A DNA stretch of 64,000 nt from Alphaproteobacteria bacterium (GCA_965228345.1 CBDDHH010000004.1:458983-522982), one strand, 5' to 3'; counted from the first letter of the stretch, positions 1 through 10,326 are shown. A program made the numbers and translations. Notes: generated from the letters alone by a model not told the origin.

Positions 1-1500
1 GAGTAGGGAAACGCACAGCACCTCCATATCCACAATCTGGTCGAACAGCTGATGGACCGGACCCGTCATATCGCCCAGATCGCCGCCACGGATCTGGTGT
101 GCTTGGTCCAGGGCCCGCAAGGTATGCTCATCGACTGTATAAGAATGATAGCGGTTGAACTGCATGAGGCCGACGATGGGCGCCCACTCGGGCAAAAAGG
201 CGGCCAGCACGCCCGTTTCGTTCATGGTTTTGAACGCCAGGGTTGGGTTCGACGCATGTGTCAACAAATCGAGAAACTGACGGTTGGCCGTAGCTTGGGC
301 TTTAAACGCGGGATCGATCAAGCTCAAGTTCTGCGAAATGAGGCGCAAGGCAGACGGCGCATGGGCCAGGCCGTGTTCGTGGGCGACCATGAAGTAGCGC
401 AGGAAGTTTTCGGGCTGCTCGGCCAACTGCTGCGCGCCGGTGATCGCCAAACGGCCGCCGATCAAAGGAAATCCCTCGACCTCGTGCTGCGTGTCGCGTC
501 GCCAAGCCCGACGCAAGCCGCGTCGGCGCGTTCCCTGCTGAAACTCCTCCTCAATGGTCGCGATCATGATGCCCGTGAGGGTGCCAACAGATTTGGCGGC
601 GCGAAAATAATCCTGCATAAAGGCCTCAACGCCGGCGCGTTGTGGGCCATCTCGATAGGCCAGGGCTTTCGCAATGTCGAGCTGAGCATCGAACGACAAG
701 CGCTCCTCCGCGCGGTTGTTCAAATAGTGGAGATGCAAGCGAACCGTGAGCAGGAAGGCTTCGGCCTCCTCATAGTCTTGAGCCTGCGCGAGGGAGAAGA
801 CCCCGCGCGAGATTAAGGTGCTGACCTGCCCGTCCCCGAACACGGCCCTGGCGATCCAGGATAGGGCGTGCAAGTCCCGCAATCCGCCCTTACCTTCCTT
901 GACCTGGGGCTCCAGGGCATAGCGCGATTGTCCCTGGCGTTGGTGCCGCGCTTCGCGTTCGGCCATTTTGGCAACCACGAAAGCGCGGCGATGGGGGGTG
1001 AGCAGCCGCTGATCCACGCGGGCACGCAGGGCCGTAAAACCCGCCCGCGATCCGCGAATGAGGCGCATTTCGATAAGCGAGGTAAGAATGGTAAAGTCTT
1101 TGGCGCCCAAGGCGACGCATTCACTGGGGGTGCGTACCGCCTGCCCCACCTTCAATCCCAAATCCCAGAGCAGGTAGAGCATGGTTTCCACGGCCTGGTC
1201 TTGCAGGGCGACTTGATTCCCGACCCGCAAAAACAAGAGATCTATGTCCGAATGAGGCGCGAGTTGCCCGCGGCCATAGCCCCCCACGGCCAACAGCGCC
1301 AGATGATCGGCTAAATCGTGACCCAAATCGCTGCCGATGTCGTGCCAAATGGCCTGCAAGATTTCGTCCATCAAAATGGCCTGGGCTTGCACGGTTTCTC
1401 GGCTGCCGGCCCTTCCCGCCATGAAACGGTCCTTGATACGCGCATGGCCCGCACGCAGGCGCGCTTGCGCGTCGGCGAGGGTCCGGGCGCGGGTCCTCAC
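1..1500 (-). CDS. glnD: [Protein-PII] uridylyltransferase GlnD, N-terminal ~500 codons; gene continues past window start
   Basis: Manual minus-strand translation gives ...LAVGGYGRGQLAPHSDIDLLFL... and ...KEGKGGLRDLHALSWIARAVFGDGQVS..., the GlnD nucleotidyltransferase motifs. A GTG start at 1498-1500 overlaps the mutS stop as GTGA. The ORF is missing from the track because it runs off the window edge. Confidence 0.85.
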   Translation of the reverse strand, partial: MRTRARTLADAQARLRAGHARIKDRFMAGRAGSRETVQAQAILMDEILQAIWHDIGSDLGHDLADHLALLAVGGYGRGQLAPHSDIDLLFLRVGNQVALQDQAVETMLYLLWDLGLKVGQAVRTPSECVALGAKDFTILTSLIEMRLIRGSRAGFTALRARVDQRLLTPHRRAFVVAKMAEREARHQRQGQSRYALEPQVKEGKGGLRDLHALSWIARAVFGDGQVSTLISRGVFSLAQAQDYEEAEAFLLTVRLHLHYLNNRAEERLSFDAQLDIAKALAYRDGPQRAGVEAFMQDYFRAAKSVGTLTGIMIATIEEEFQQGTRRRGLRRAWRRDTQHEVEGFPLIGGRLAITGAQQLAEQPENFLRYFMVAHEHGLAHAPSALRLISQNLSLIDPAFKAQATANRQFLDLLTHASNPTLAFKTMNETGVLAAFLPEWAPIVGLMQFNRYHSYTVDEHTLRALDQAHQIRGGDLGDMTGPVHQLFDQIVDMEVLCVSLL

Positions 1501-4163
1501 GCCGCAGCTAAGTCTTTCAAGGTGTAGAGACGCTCCAGGGCTTCCCGGGGGGTCAGGGTGTCCACATCTAGGTCCAACAGGACTTCAAGGGCAGGGTTCG
1601 TTGCCGGGGACACCAGCGATGCTTGGGTGTTGGGCGCGCGGGTCGTGGCGGAAAATAAGGGCAAGTCCACATCCCCCAAACCTCCCGCCCCCTTGTCGCG
1701 CTCCAGATGGTCCAAGACCTCCTGCGCGCGCGCAAGGACAGCGGCGGGCAGACCCGCGAGTTTGCCGACATAAATGCCGTAGGACCGGTCGGCGGCCCCG
1801 GGGGCGATTTGATGCAAAAAAATCACTTCGCCCTGCCACTCTTTAACTTGGGCGCGATGGCAGGTCAGGGCCGGTAGGCGTTCGGCCAAGGCGGTTAGTT
1901 CGTGATAGTGGGTCGCAAACAGAGCCCGGCATCTCAAGTGCGTGGCCAAGTATTCCACCGTGGCCCAGGCGATCGACAGCCCGTCGTAGGTGGCGGTGCC
2001 GCGGCCAATTTCGTCCAAAATCACAAAGCTCTGCGCCGTCGCTTGATTGAGAATCATGGCGGTTTCTACCATTTCGACCATGAAGGTAGAGCGACCGCTG
2101 GCAAGATCGTCGGAGGCACCGACCCGAGAAAACAGGCGATCCACCAGGCCCACATGGGCCGATGCGGCGGGCACGAAGGCGCCCATCTGCGCGAGAATGA
2201 TGATCAGGGCGTTTTGGCGCAGGTAGGTCGATTTGCCCGCCATGTTGGGCCCGGTCAGCAGCCAAATGTGATCCTGCGGCCCCTGGGTGAGCGAGTTGGC
2301 CATAAAACCTGAACCCGAAGTTTTGGCCAGCGCCTGTTCCACAACTGGATGGCGCCCCTCGACGATCACCAAGTCTTGCGAGCAATCCAGGCTCGGGCGC
2401 ACCCACGCCTCGGCCTCGGCCAGATGCGCCAGTGCTGCGCTAAGGTCTAAGACGGCCAGGGCATCGGCCAGCTGCATCAGGCCCTGCGACTGATCCAGGA
2501 GGTCACGCCGCAAATTCTCGTACACCTCCAATTCCAGGGTCAAAGCCCGTTCACCCGCGGCGCGAATTTTCTCCTCCAGCTCCGACAACTCCAGGGTTGT
2601 GTAGCGAGTAGCTGAGGCTAGGGTCTGGCGATGAATGAAGCCGGCGCTGGGGTCGCTTGGCATCTTGTCAGCATTGGCCGCCGTCACCTCAATGAAGTAG
2701 CCCAGGACATTGTTGTGCTTGATTTTGAGCGAGGCGATGCCCGTGCGCTGGGCCAAGTCGGCCTGCATGGCCGCTATCAGGTTGCGCGATTCGTCGCGCA
2801 GAGCGCGCTGCGCGTCCAAATCAGCACGGAATCCGGGACGGACAAAGCCCCCGTCACGTGCCAAGAGCGGAACCTCGTCCTGCAAAGCCCGGGTCAAAAT
2901 TTGGCCGAGGGCATCGAAGTCGCCCAGATCGGCAAAGGCCCGCTGCAACTCGGTGCCAAAGGCAAACTTGGCCCGCGCCGCGGCCAGGCGACGGCGCGCC
3001 TGGCCCGCCCTATCCAGCGCCGCGGCCAGGGCTATCATATCGCGCGGCCCGCCGCGCCCCAAGGCCAAACGTTGCACCGCCCGCGCCAAATCGGGAAGCG
3101 ATTTTAGGTAGGCCCGCACATCCTCGCGCAGGTCGGGTGCATCCAAAAAATAGGCGAGGCTTTCCTGGCGTTCCTCGATCAAACCCAGGTGCGCACTGGG
3201 TCGCGCCAAACGGTCGCCCAGCAGGCGGGCCCCTGCACCGGTCAGCGTTCGGTCGATCGTGGCGAGCAGCGAGCCGGCGCGTTTTCCGGCCAAGGTCTGC
3301 GTCAACTCCAAATTGCGCCGCGTTGCCGCGTCGATGGCAAGCTGGCCCACGGCAAGGTTTTGCTGCAGGGGTTTGATGATCGGCCGCGCGGCCCTTTGGG
3401 TCAGATCAACATAGTCGATCAGGGCCCCCGCCGCCGATACTTCTGCCCTGCTCAAATCGCCAAACAGGGTCAGATCCGCCACGTCGAACAGTTTTTTCAG
3501 GCGGGCCTCGCCGGCGTTGGACGAAAATCGCGCCGCCGGCTGCGGCGTCAGTCGGGTTTTCAAGGCTTGCAAGACCGGGCCCAGGACAGGATCGTCCAGC
3601 AAAGTATCGGCGGCCAGCACCTCGCCTGGGTCGATCTGGACCAGCGCCGCCTCCAGGTCTACTGCGCGCGCGGGATGGGGCAGGGCCTGGACCTGAAACG
3701 TGCCAGTGGAAAGATCAATCCAGGCCAAGGCCTGGCGCCCGCTTGCCTGACCGAGCGCCGCGAGGAAGGCGGCGCGCCCTGCGTCCAAGTAGGCGTCTTC
3801 GGTCAAGGTGCCGGGCGTCAGGATCCGCACCACCTCGCGCGCGACCACGGCCTTGGAACCACCGCGTTTTTTGGCCGCTGCTGGATCCTCGGTCTGTTCG
3901 CACAAGGCGACGCGATGGCCCGCGGCGATCAGCTTGCCCATATACTGATCGACGCTATGGTGGGGGACCCCGCACATGGGGATGGGGTCCCCACCTTGTT
4001 GGCCGCGCGCCGTTAGGGCGATGTTGAGGCACGCCGCCGCCACCTCGGCGTCTTCAAAAAACAGTTCGTAAAAATCGCCCATGCGGTAGAGTAGCAAGTG
4101 GTCCCGATGGGCGTCTTTGAGGCTTAAGTACTGCGCCATCATAGGTGTGGGGGTCGCGGCCAT
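1497..4163 (-). CDS. mutS: DNA mismatch repair protein MutS
   Basis: 888-aa ORF. N-terminal mismatch-binding region (MAQYLSLKDAH...GDFYELFFEDA) and Walker A GPNMAGKSTYLRQ are present. Confidence 0.95.
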   Translation of the reverse strand: MAATPTPMMAQYLSLKDAHRDHLLLYRMGDFYELFFEDAEVAAACLNIALTARGQQGGDPIPMCGVPHHSVDQYMGKLIAAGHRVALCEQTEDPAAAKKRGGSKAVVAREVVRILTPGTLTEDAYLDAGRAAFLAALGQASGRQALAWIDLSTGTFQVQALPHPARAVDLEAALVQIDPGEVLAADTLLDDPVLGPVLQALKTRLTPQPAARFSSNAGEARLKKLFDVADLTLFGDLSRAEVSAAGALIDYVDLTQRAARPIIKPLQQNLAVGQLAIDAATRRNLELTQTLAGKRAGSLLATIDRTLTGAGARLLGDRLARPSAHLGLIEERQESLAYFLDAPDLREDVRAYLKSLPDLARAVQRLALGRGGPRDMIALAAALDRAGQARRRLAAARAKFAFGTELQRAFADLGDFDALGQILTRALQDEVPLLARDGGFVRPGFRADLDAQRALRDESRNLIAAMQADLAQRTGIASLKIKHNNVLGYFIEVTAANADKMPSDPSAGFIHRQTLASATRYTTLELSELEEKIRAAGERALTLELEVYENLRRDLLDQSQGLMQLADALAVLDLSAALAHLAEAEAWVRPSLDCSQDLVIVEGRHPVVEQALAKTSGSGFMANSLTQGPQDHIWLLTGPNMAGKSTYLRQNALIIILAQMGAFVPAASAHVGLVDRLFSRVGASDDLASGRSTFMVEMVETAMILNQATAQSFVILDEIGRGTATYDGLSIAWATVEYLATHLRCRALFATHYHELTALAERLPALTCHRAQVKEWQGEVIFLHQIAPGAADRSYGIYVGKLAGLPAAVLARAQEVLDHLERDKGAGGLGDVDLPLFSATTRAPNTQASLVSPATNPALEVLLDLDVDTLTPREALERLYTLKDLAAA

Positions 4164-4255
4164 GGTTTTGCCTTACGACCTTAGGCCCCAGAAATAAAAG
4201 GGGCTTGTGCGCCAGGCGTGGTGTTGCGGCCGCCGTTTTGGTCTAAGGGGCCCCC

Positions 4256-6508
4256 ATGACGCTGCCGCACGACTCTCTAGAGCACGACGCCCTCGCCTTT
4301 CATGCCGAGGGACGCCCAGGTAAATTGGAAGTGACGGCGACGAAACCGCTGACGACCCAGCGCGACTTGTCGCTCGCCTACTCCCCCGGCGTTGCCCACC
4401 CGTGCCTGGCGATCCAGGACAATCCCGAAGCAGTCTATGAGTACACGGCCAAGTCCAACACCGTAGCCGTCATCTCTAACGGCACCGCGGTCCTGGGCCT
4501 GGGTAACTTAGGGGCCTTAGCGGCCAAGCCCGTTATGGAAGGCAAGGCCGTCCTCTTTAAGCGCTTCGCCGATATCGATGGGATTGATCTGGAGGTGGCG
4601 ACCGAAGACGTTGAGGCCTTCTGCGCCGCCGTCAAACTGATCGCGCCGTCCTTTGGTGGCATCAATTTAGAAGATATCAAAGCGCCCGAATCCTTCTTGA
4701 TCGAGGAACGCCTGATTGAGGAATGCGATATTCCGGTCATGCACGACGATCAGCACGGCACCGCCATCATCGCCGCCGCCGGCCTGCTCAACGCCCTGCA
4801 CCTAACGGGCCGAGACCTGAAAGAGGTGCGCCTAGTCGTGAACGGCGCGGGGGCAGCGGCCCTATCCTGCGTTGCCCTCCTAAAAGCCATGGGCTTGCCC
4901 GCCGACCAGGCGATCTTGTGCGATTCCAAAGGGGTGATCCATAAGGACCGCAGCGACCTCAACAAGTGGAAGTCGGCCCATGCGGTCACAACGCCGCACC
5001 GGACCCTCGCGCAGGCCATGGTGGGTGCCGATGCGTTCTTCGGCCTATCGGTCAAGGGGGCGCTCGACCAAGCCATGGTCAGGTCCATGGCATCCAGGCC
5101 GATCATTTTTGCCATGGCCAACCCCGACCCAGAAATCTTGCCCGAGGAGGTTCGGGCTGTGCGCGACGATGCCATCGTCGCGACGGGCCGGTCGGACTAT
5201 CCTAACCAAGTGAACAATGTCTTGGGGTTTCCTTACGTGTTTCGCGGCGCGCTCGACGTGCGCGCGAGGCGCATCAATGATGCCATGAAAATCGCCGCCG
5301 CCCACGCCTTGGCCGCCTTGGCGCGCGGGGCGGTCCCCGACGAGGTCGGCGACGCCTACGGTCGCAAGCTGACCTACGGGCCCGACTATATTATCCCCGC
5401 CCCCTTCGATCCACGCCTGATCGTGGCAATTCCCAAAGCCGTAGCGGCGGCGGCCATGGCAAGCGGTGTCGCTCGGCGGCCCATCGCGGATATGGCCAAG
5501 TACGAAACCGACCTTGCCTCGCACCTCGACCCGTCCCACGCGGCGATTCAGGCGCTTTACAATCGTGGCAAGGGCAAGAACCTAACCTTCGTCTTTGCCG
5601 AGGGGGAGGAGGACCGGGCCATGCGCGCTGGCGCGGCGCTGGTCGCCAATGGCCTGGGTAAGGTCAAAATTGTCGGGCGGGAACGCGTGATCCAAGAAAA
5701 CGCCGCGGCGGCAGGGCTCAGTCTTGAGGATTTGGAGATCGTAAACGCAAAGATCACCCCGGAGCAAAACAAGGGCTACGCGCGCTACCTCTACGAACGC
5801 CTAAAACGTCAGGGTCTGATGCAGCGCGATGTGCAGCGCCTGGTCAACACCGATCGGGTGATCTACGCAGCCGCCATGGTCGCCGCTGGCGACGCCGACA
5901 TTATGATCACAGGCATGACGCGCTCGTTCCGCCAGTGCCTCAACACTCTCAATCAGGCCCTGGATACGCAAGCCGATCAAATTCAGTACGGCTATTCCAT
6001 GCTGATGGACAAGGGACGGACGGTGTTCATCGGCGATACCATTGTCCACGACACACCGACGGCAGAACACCTGGCACAAATCGCCACGCAGCTGGCGGCA
6101 ACCGTCGGCGATCTCGGCCTGAAGCCGCGCGTCGCTTTCTGCTCCTACTCCAACTTCGGTCAAACCCCGACGGAGCGCACCAGGGCAATTTCGGACGCCA
6201 TGGCGATCCTAGATGCAGACCCCCCAGGGTTCGAGTACGATGGGGAAATGCAGGTCAATGTGGCGCTCAATCAAGATCTGATCCGGCGTTCCTTCCCGTT
6301 CTGCCGCCTGACAGGTCCTGCGAACATTCTGCTCATGCCTTCCCTCGACGCCGCCAACATCGCGGGAAAAGTGCTGGAGGAGTTTTCCTCGGGCACCGTC
6401 ATCGGCCCCGTGTTGCAGGGCTTCAAAAAACCTGTACGCATCATCCCCCTCAACGCCACGGTTCCGCAAATCACTCACGTCGCCGCCTTGGCAGCCGCGG
6501 AGGTTTGA
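4256..6508 (+). CDS. maeB: NADP-dependent malic enzyme, MaeB type with C-terminal phosphotransacetylase-like domain
   Basis: 750 aa. The malic-enzyme N-terminal half and the PTA-like C-terminal half are both present. It is divergent from mutS. Confidence 0.9.
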   Translation: MTLPHDSLEHDALAFHAEGRPGKLEVTATKPLTTQRDLSLAYSPGVAHPCLAIQDNPEAVYEYTAKSNTVAVISNGTAVLGLGNLGALAAKPVMEGKAVLFKRFADIDGIDLEVATEDVEAFCAAVKLIAPSFGGINLEDIKAPESFLIEERLIEECDIPVMHDDQHGTAIIAAAGLLNALHLTGRDLKEVRLVVNGAGAAALSCVALLKAMGLPADQAILCDSKGVIHKDRSDLNKWKSAHAVTTPHRTLAQAMVGADAFFGLSVKGALDQAMVRSMASRPIIFAMANPDPEILPEEVRAVRDDAIVATGRSDYPNQVNNVLGFPYVFRGALDVRARRINDAMKIAAAHALAALARGAVPDEVGDAYGRKLTYGPDYIIPAPFDPRLIVAIPKAVAAAAMASGVARRPIADMAKYETDLASHLDPSHAAIQALYNRGKGKNLTFVFAEGEEDRAMRAGAALVANGLGKVKIVGRERVIQENAAAAGLSLEDLEIVNAKITPEQNKGYARYLYERLKRQGLMQRDVQRLVNTDRVIYAAAMVAAGDADIMITGMTRSFRQCLNTLNQALDTQADQIQYGYSMLMDKGRTVFIGDTIVHDTPTAEHLAQIATQLAATVGDLGLKPRVAFCSYSNFGQTPTERTRAISDAMAILDADPPGFEYDGEMQVNVALNQDLIRRSFPFCRLTGPANILLMPSLDAANIAGKVLEEFSSGTVIGPVLQGFKKPVRIIPLNATVPQITHVAALAAAEV

Positions 6509-6720
6509 TCCGACCGACGCCGCCCATTCTTGCCCTTGGCATCCGTGATGGATCCTGCGACTGTGCGCAGGATGACATAGTCTTTGGGAGCCTGCCTTGT
6601 CTCTGAAACCAGCCGCGCTGCAACTTGCTATGAAAAAATTGGTTGATCGGTGGATCGTAGAAATTTTATACATGAGGTTCAGCAGTCCATGCTCTGCCGT
6701 CCCAGGCCTTATCAATAGGA

Positions 6721-7560
6721 ATGAATACAATGATAAATAAAGGGTCTATCAATCCAGAATTACGGCAATTAAAAGATGGTTTGCGTCTATCAGAGCGCAT
6801 GCCGATCCTTTTCTTAGGCCATGGAAGCCCTATGAATGCTTTGGGAGATAATCAATATTCAAGAACTTGGACGGAGCTAGGCACCGTATTGCCTCCCCCA
6901 CAGGCAATCTTGGTGGTTTCTGCACATTGGATGACACGCGGAACAACCCTGGTTGATATTTCTGCCATGCCGCGCACCATTCATGATTTTTACGGTTTTC
7001 CTCAAGAATTATATGAGCAACAATACCCTGCTAAAGGAAAACCCGCACTGGCCTCTGATGTAGCGCATATGCTTGCAGACCATCATGTAAAAGAAGATGA
7101 TACATGGGGGCTGGATCATGGCGCATGGTCTGTTTTAAAATGGTTATATCCTGATGCCGATATGCCTGTGTTCCAGCTTTCTATTGATATGGATGCAGAA
7201 TTGGACACTCATCTTGAGATCGGCCAGTCATTGGCTAAGTTAAGAGATAGAGGTGTCCTTATTTTAGGTAGTGGTAATGTCGTTCACAATTTGTCTACCA
7301 TGCGCTCCGATGGACCAAACTATGACTGGGCAGAGGAATTTGACACGCGTTTTGCAGATTTGCTTAGTAAACGCGACTTCAAGGCGCTTGCAAACCGTCA
7401 AGAATGGGGAAATCTTCTAATGCAAGCTCACCCATCACTTGATCATTATATCCCATCTCTTACAATTGCAGGAGCTTCAAATCTGAAAGATCAGCTCCTC
7501 TTTACAAATGCCAATATGGATATGGCCAGTGTTTCGATGAGAAGCTTTGTTTTCTATTAG
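6721..7560 (+). CDS. Class III extradiol dioxygenase, 4,5-DOPA dioxygenase / YgiD family
   Basis: 279 aa with LFLGHGSPMNAL...VVSAHW motifs typical of the YgiD/LigB family. The gene and its flanks (6509-7845) are markedly AT-rich relative to neighbouring DNA. Confidence 0.8.
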   Translation: MNTMINKGSINPELRQLKDGLRLSERMPILFLGHGSPMNALGDNQYSRTWTELGTVLPPPQAILVVSAHWMTRGTTLVDISAMPRTIHDFYGFPQELYEQQYPAKGKPALASDVAHMLADHHVKEDDTWGLDHGAWSVLKWLYPDADMPVFQLSIDMDAELDTHLEIGQSLAKLRDRGVLILGSGNVVHNLSTMRSDGPNYDWAEEFDTRFADLLSKRDFKALANRQEWGNLLMQAHPSLDHYIPSLTIAGASNLKDQLLFTNANMDMASVSMRSFVFY

Positions 7561-7807
7561 GGTCTTACTATATTTCCAAGTTTCTAACATTTTAGGAACA
7601 GACAGTTTGGACGACGCAGATTTTCTAGCAGATATCGCCGTCTGGACCAATCTAGAATGCTTTGCAAGAGGCGTATGAGGCTGGTTTGAGTGATCAAGAA
7701 TTTCTTGACAACTAAAAGACCTCAAAAGTCTAACGTATCTTATCTTTATCGTTAAGCGGGTTAGTGTATATAATAGTTTACATTAACCGATATATTTGGG
7801 CATTTTA

Positions 7808-8100
7808 TACCAACTCCGCTAAAAATTGACATTTTCAGCAGAGTTTTGTCTCACGGCAGAAACGCTTCGCGGTTCGCCTGTTTGGTACGGTCTCACCTCG
7901 CTCGCACCGCTCGCTCAGCCCGACCGTGCGACGGGGCCTTCGCTTATACCCCGAGGCGCTTTCTTAGCTTGTCTCGGGGCCGCGTGTTTTTGGCGCGGGC
8001 GTTCCCTGCGCCCTTCGGGCTTGGAGCCCGCTTCGGGGGCCGCAGTCGCGGCCCTTATACCAGAGAATAAAAGAGTCATTTTCAATCGCCGCTGGTATTA
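7808..8100 (+). repeat. MITE/REP-like repeat, empty copy of the IS110 target repeat family
   Basis: Degenerate left palindrome ataccaactc...gctaaaaattgacattttcagc. Then gtCTcacggcagaaacgcttcgcg, a GC-rich hairpin ggccgcagtcgcggcc, and terminal ccagagaataaaagagtcattttcaatcgccgctggtatta. The terminal tta is the complement of the parB stop codon. Confidence 0.7.
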
Positions 8101-8928
8101 GTTCGCCCGTGCGCCCAATTTCGCGATTAAAGCATCCAACTGCTCGTTGGACCCAAAGCGAACCCGCAATTCACCGCCCTTGGCGCGCGTGTGGATTTCG
8201 ACGCGGAGGCCCAAGTCTTGGGTCAGTTCTTCCTCAAGCAAACGAATGTCGGCGCTCTTGGGCTTGGGTTCGCTTGTGGCGGCGGGGTTCTTGACTAGGG
8301 CTTCGACCTGGCGGACGGAGAGATTTTTTGCGGCCACCTGCCGCGCCAGGGCCTCGGCGCCCTCGTGACCGATTAGCGCCCGGGCGTGGCCCGCTGACAG
8401 ATGCCCCGCTTGCACTAAGTCCAAGACGCTCGCGGGCAAAGTGAGGAGGCGCATGAGGTTGGCCACATGGGGGCGCGACTTGCCCACCAGACCCGCGACC
8501 GTGGCCTGCGTATGGCCAAATTCGTCGAGCAAACGCTGATAGCCCCGCGCCTCCTCAATCGGCCCCAAGTCCTCGCGCTGCACATTTTCGACAATGGCGA
8601 GTTCCAAGGCCCGTGCGTCATCAAAGTCGCGAATCAGGACAGGCACTTCTCCCAAGCGCGCCCGCTGCGCGGCGCGCCACCGCCGCTCGCCGGCGACGAT
8701 TTCGTAGCGATCTTGGGCGATTTCCCGCACCAGCAACGGCTGCAACAGGCCAGAGTTGGCAATGGAGTCGGCCAATTCGTCCAAGGCGGTGTCATCGAAG
8801 GCTTGGCGCGGCTGAAAGCGGCCGGGCTGCAAGTGTTCAAGCGGCAGATGCGTCAGGCCCGCCGCCGCCTCGGCGCCGACTTCCCCCAAAAGGGAGGTGA
8901 GGCCCGCGCCCAAACCCTTTTTGCTCAT
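8098..8928 (-). CDS. parB: Chromosome partitioning protein ParB
   Basis: 276 aa with the ParB/Spo0J N-terminal domain and HTH. It is followed by parA. Confidence 0.9.
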   Translation of the reverse strand: MSKKGLGAGLTSLLGEVGAEAAAGLTHLPLEHLQPGRFQPRQAFDDTALDELADSIANSGLLQPLLVREIAQDRYEIVAGERRWRAAQRARLGEVPVLIRDFDDARALELAIVENVQREDLGPIEEARGYQRLLDEFGHTQATVAGLVGKSRPHVANLMRLLTLPASVLDLVQAGHLSAGHARALIGHEGAEALARQVAAKNLSVRQVEALVKNPAATSEPKPKSADIRLLEEELTQDLGLRVEIHTRAKGGELRVRFGSNEQLDALIAKLGARAN

Positions 8929-9755
8929 GCTGCGGCTTTCGGCAGTCTTTCTCGCGTTGCCATGGCGTGGCGGCGCATCAGTTCCAGCGCCAATTCGCGG
9001 TAGGCCTGCGCGCCCGCAGAGCGGGGATCGTAGGCCGTGACAGGGAGGCCATGCGACGGTGCTTCCGACACGCGCACATTGCGCGGGATGCTGGTGGTAA
9101 AGACCTTAGCACCGAAGTGCGCGCGCACATCAGCGTCCACCTGTGTCGATAGGCGATTGCGGCCATCGACCATGGTCAGCACGATGCCGCCGAGCGACAG
9201 GTTGGGGTTCAAGGTTTTGCGTAAGCGATCAATGGTTCGCACAAGGTGCGAGAGACCCTCCAGCGCGTAGAACTCGGCCTGCAGGGGCACCAGCACCGAA
9301 TTTGCCGCACCGAGGGCGTTAACGGTGAGGGGTCCCAGGGCTGGGGGGCAGTCGATCAGAATGAAGTCGTAGGACTCCAGGAGGGGCGCTAGGGCTTTGG
9401 CTAGCGTCATTTTCCATCCCTCTTGGTCGATCAGCTCCAGCTCTGCCCCCGCCAGATCGACCGTGGCGGTGATGAGGTCCAGTCCTTTGATGCTCGTGGG
9501 GCGTGCGGCGCGCTTGGCCGCCTTGCCACCGACGAGCACATGGTAGAGGTTTTGGGTTCGGTCGGTCATGGCAAACCCCGTGGAGGCGTTGCCTTGCGGG
9601 TCGGCGTCGATCAGTAAGACCCGCTGGTCAAGGGCCGCCAGCGCCGCCGCCAAGTTGCAGGCGGTCGTGGTTTTACCAACACCGCCCTTTTGATTGGCAA
9701 TAGCGAGGACCCGGGCGGTCCCAGACTCCGCGGGCTTAGGGGCGAATCCGAACAT
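8925..9755 (-). CDS. parA: Chromosome partitioning ATPase ParA
   Basis: Deviant Walker A KGGVGKTTTACNLAAAL. There is a 4-nt overlap with parB. Confidence 0.9.
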   Translation of the reverse strand: MFGFAPKPAESGTARVLAIANQKGGVGKTTTACNLAAALAALDQRVLLIDADPQGNASTGFAMTDRTQNLYHVLVGGKAAKRAARPTSIKGLDLITATVDLAGAELELIDQEGWKMTLAKALAPLLESYDFILIDCPPALGPLTVNALGAANSVLVPLQAEFYALEGLSHLVRTIDRLRKTLNPNLSLGGIVLTMVDGRNRLSTQVDADVRAHFGAKVFTTSIPRNVRVSEAPSHGLPVTAYDPRSAGAQAYRELALELMRRHAMATRERLPKAAA

Positions 9756-10326
9756 GGCGGACTTCTAGCACGCAGCCGCCGCCCAACAACAGACTCCGAT
9801 GCTTGCGATAGCAAAAATCCGCCACGTCCTGGGCCGCGGCGATCTCGCTGTCCACCTGGGTGCCCTTCAAAAACAGGCCCCGTCCGCCGGTTGCCAGCAG
9901 GGGCGCGGACCAGCATAGCAACCGCGCAAGCGGCGCCAAGGCCCGTGCCGTCACCGCTGCGAATCCCGAAACACTTAGGGCTTCAATGCGTTCGGCGATC
10001 AGGGTGGCAGGCAGCCCTTGGTCGCGCAAGAATGCCCGACAGGCGCTGATCTTGCGTCGATCCGAATCGACCAAGGTCAGATTGGTGTAACCCAAGCAGG
10101 CCAACGCCAAACCCGGAAAGCCGCCGCCGCATCCCAAATCAACAATCGCCGCGGACCGATCGGGCAGAAATTGGGCGAGCTGCACGCAATCTTGCACATG
10201 GCGCGCCTCGATGTCGGCCAGGGTCGATTTGGCAACTAAGTTGATTCGCGGCGACCACTTGCGGGTATGGGCGGCGAGCGCCCGCAGCCGCGCCTGCGCT
10301 TGCGCGTCGGGTACGCGCAAGCTCAT
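9736..10326 (-). CDS. rsmG: 16S rRNA (guanine527-N7)-methyltransferase RsmG (GidB)
   Basis: 196 aa SAM-dependent methyltransferase (LGCGGGFPGL) in the conserved position upstream of parAB. Confidence 0.85.
   Translation of the reverse strand: MSLRVPDAQAQARLRALAAHTRKWSPRINLVAKSTLADIEARHVQDCVQLAQFLPDRSAAIVDLGCGGGFPGLALACLGYTNLTLVDSDRRKISACRAFLRDQGLPATLIAERIEALSVSGFAAVTARALAPLARLLCWSAPLLATGGRGLFLKGTQVDSEIAAAQDVADFCYRKHRSLLLGGGCVLEVRHVRIRP

Noticed and set aside
52-816. 254-aa plus-strand ORF at the window start
   Set aside because: It is antisense to glnD, whose minus-strand frame here carries clear GlnD motifs. Its low-complexity composition is typical of a shadow ORF in high-GC DNA.
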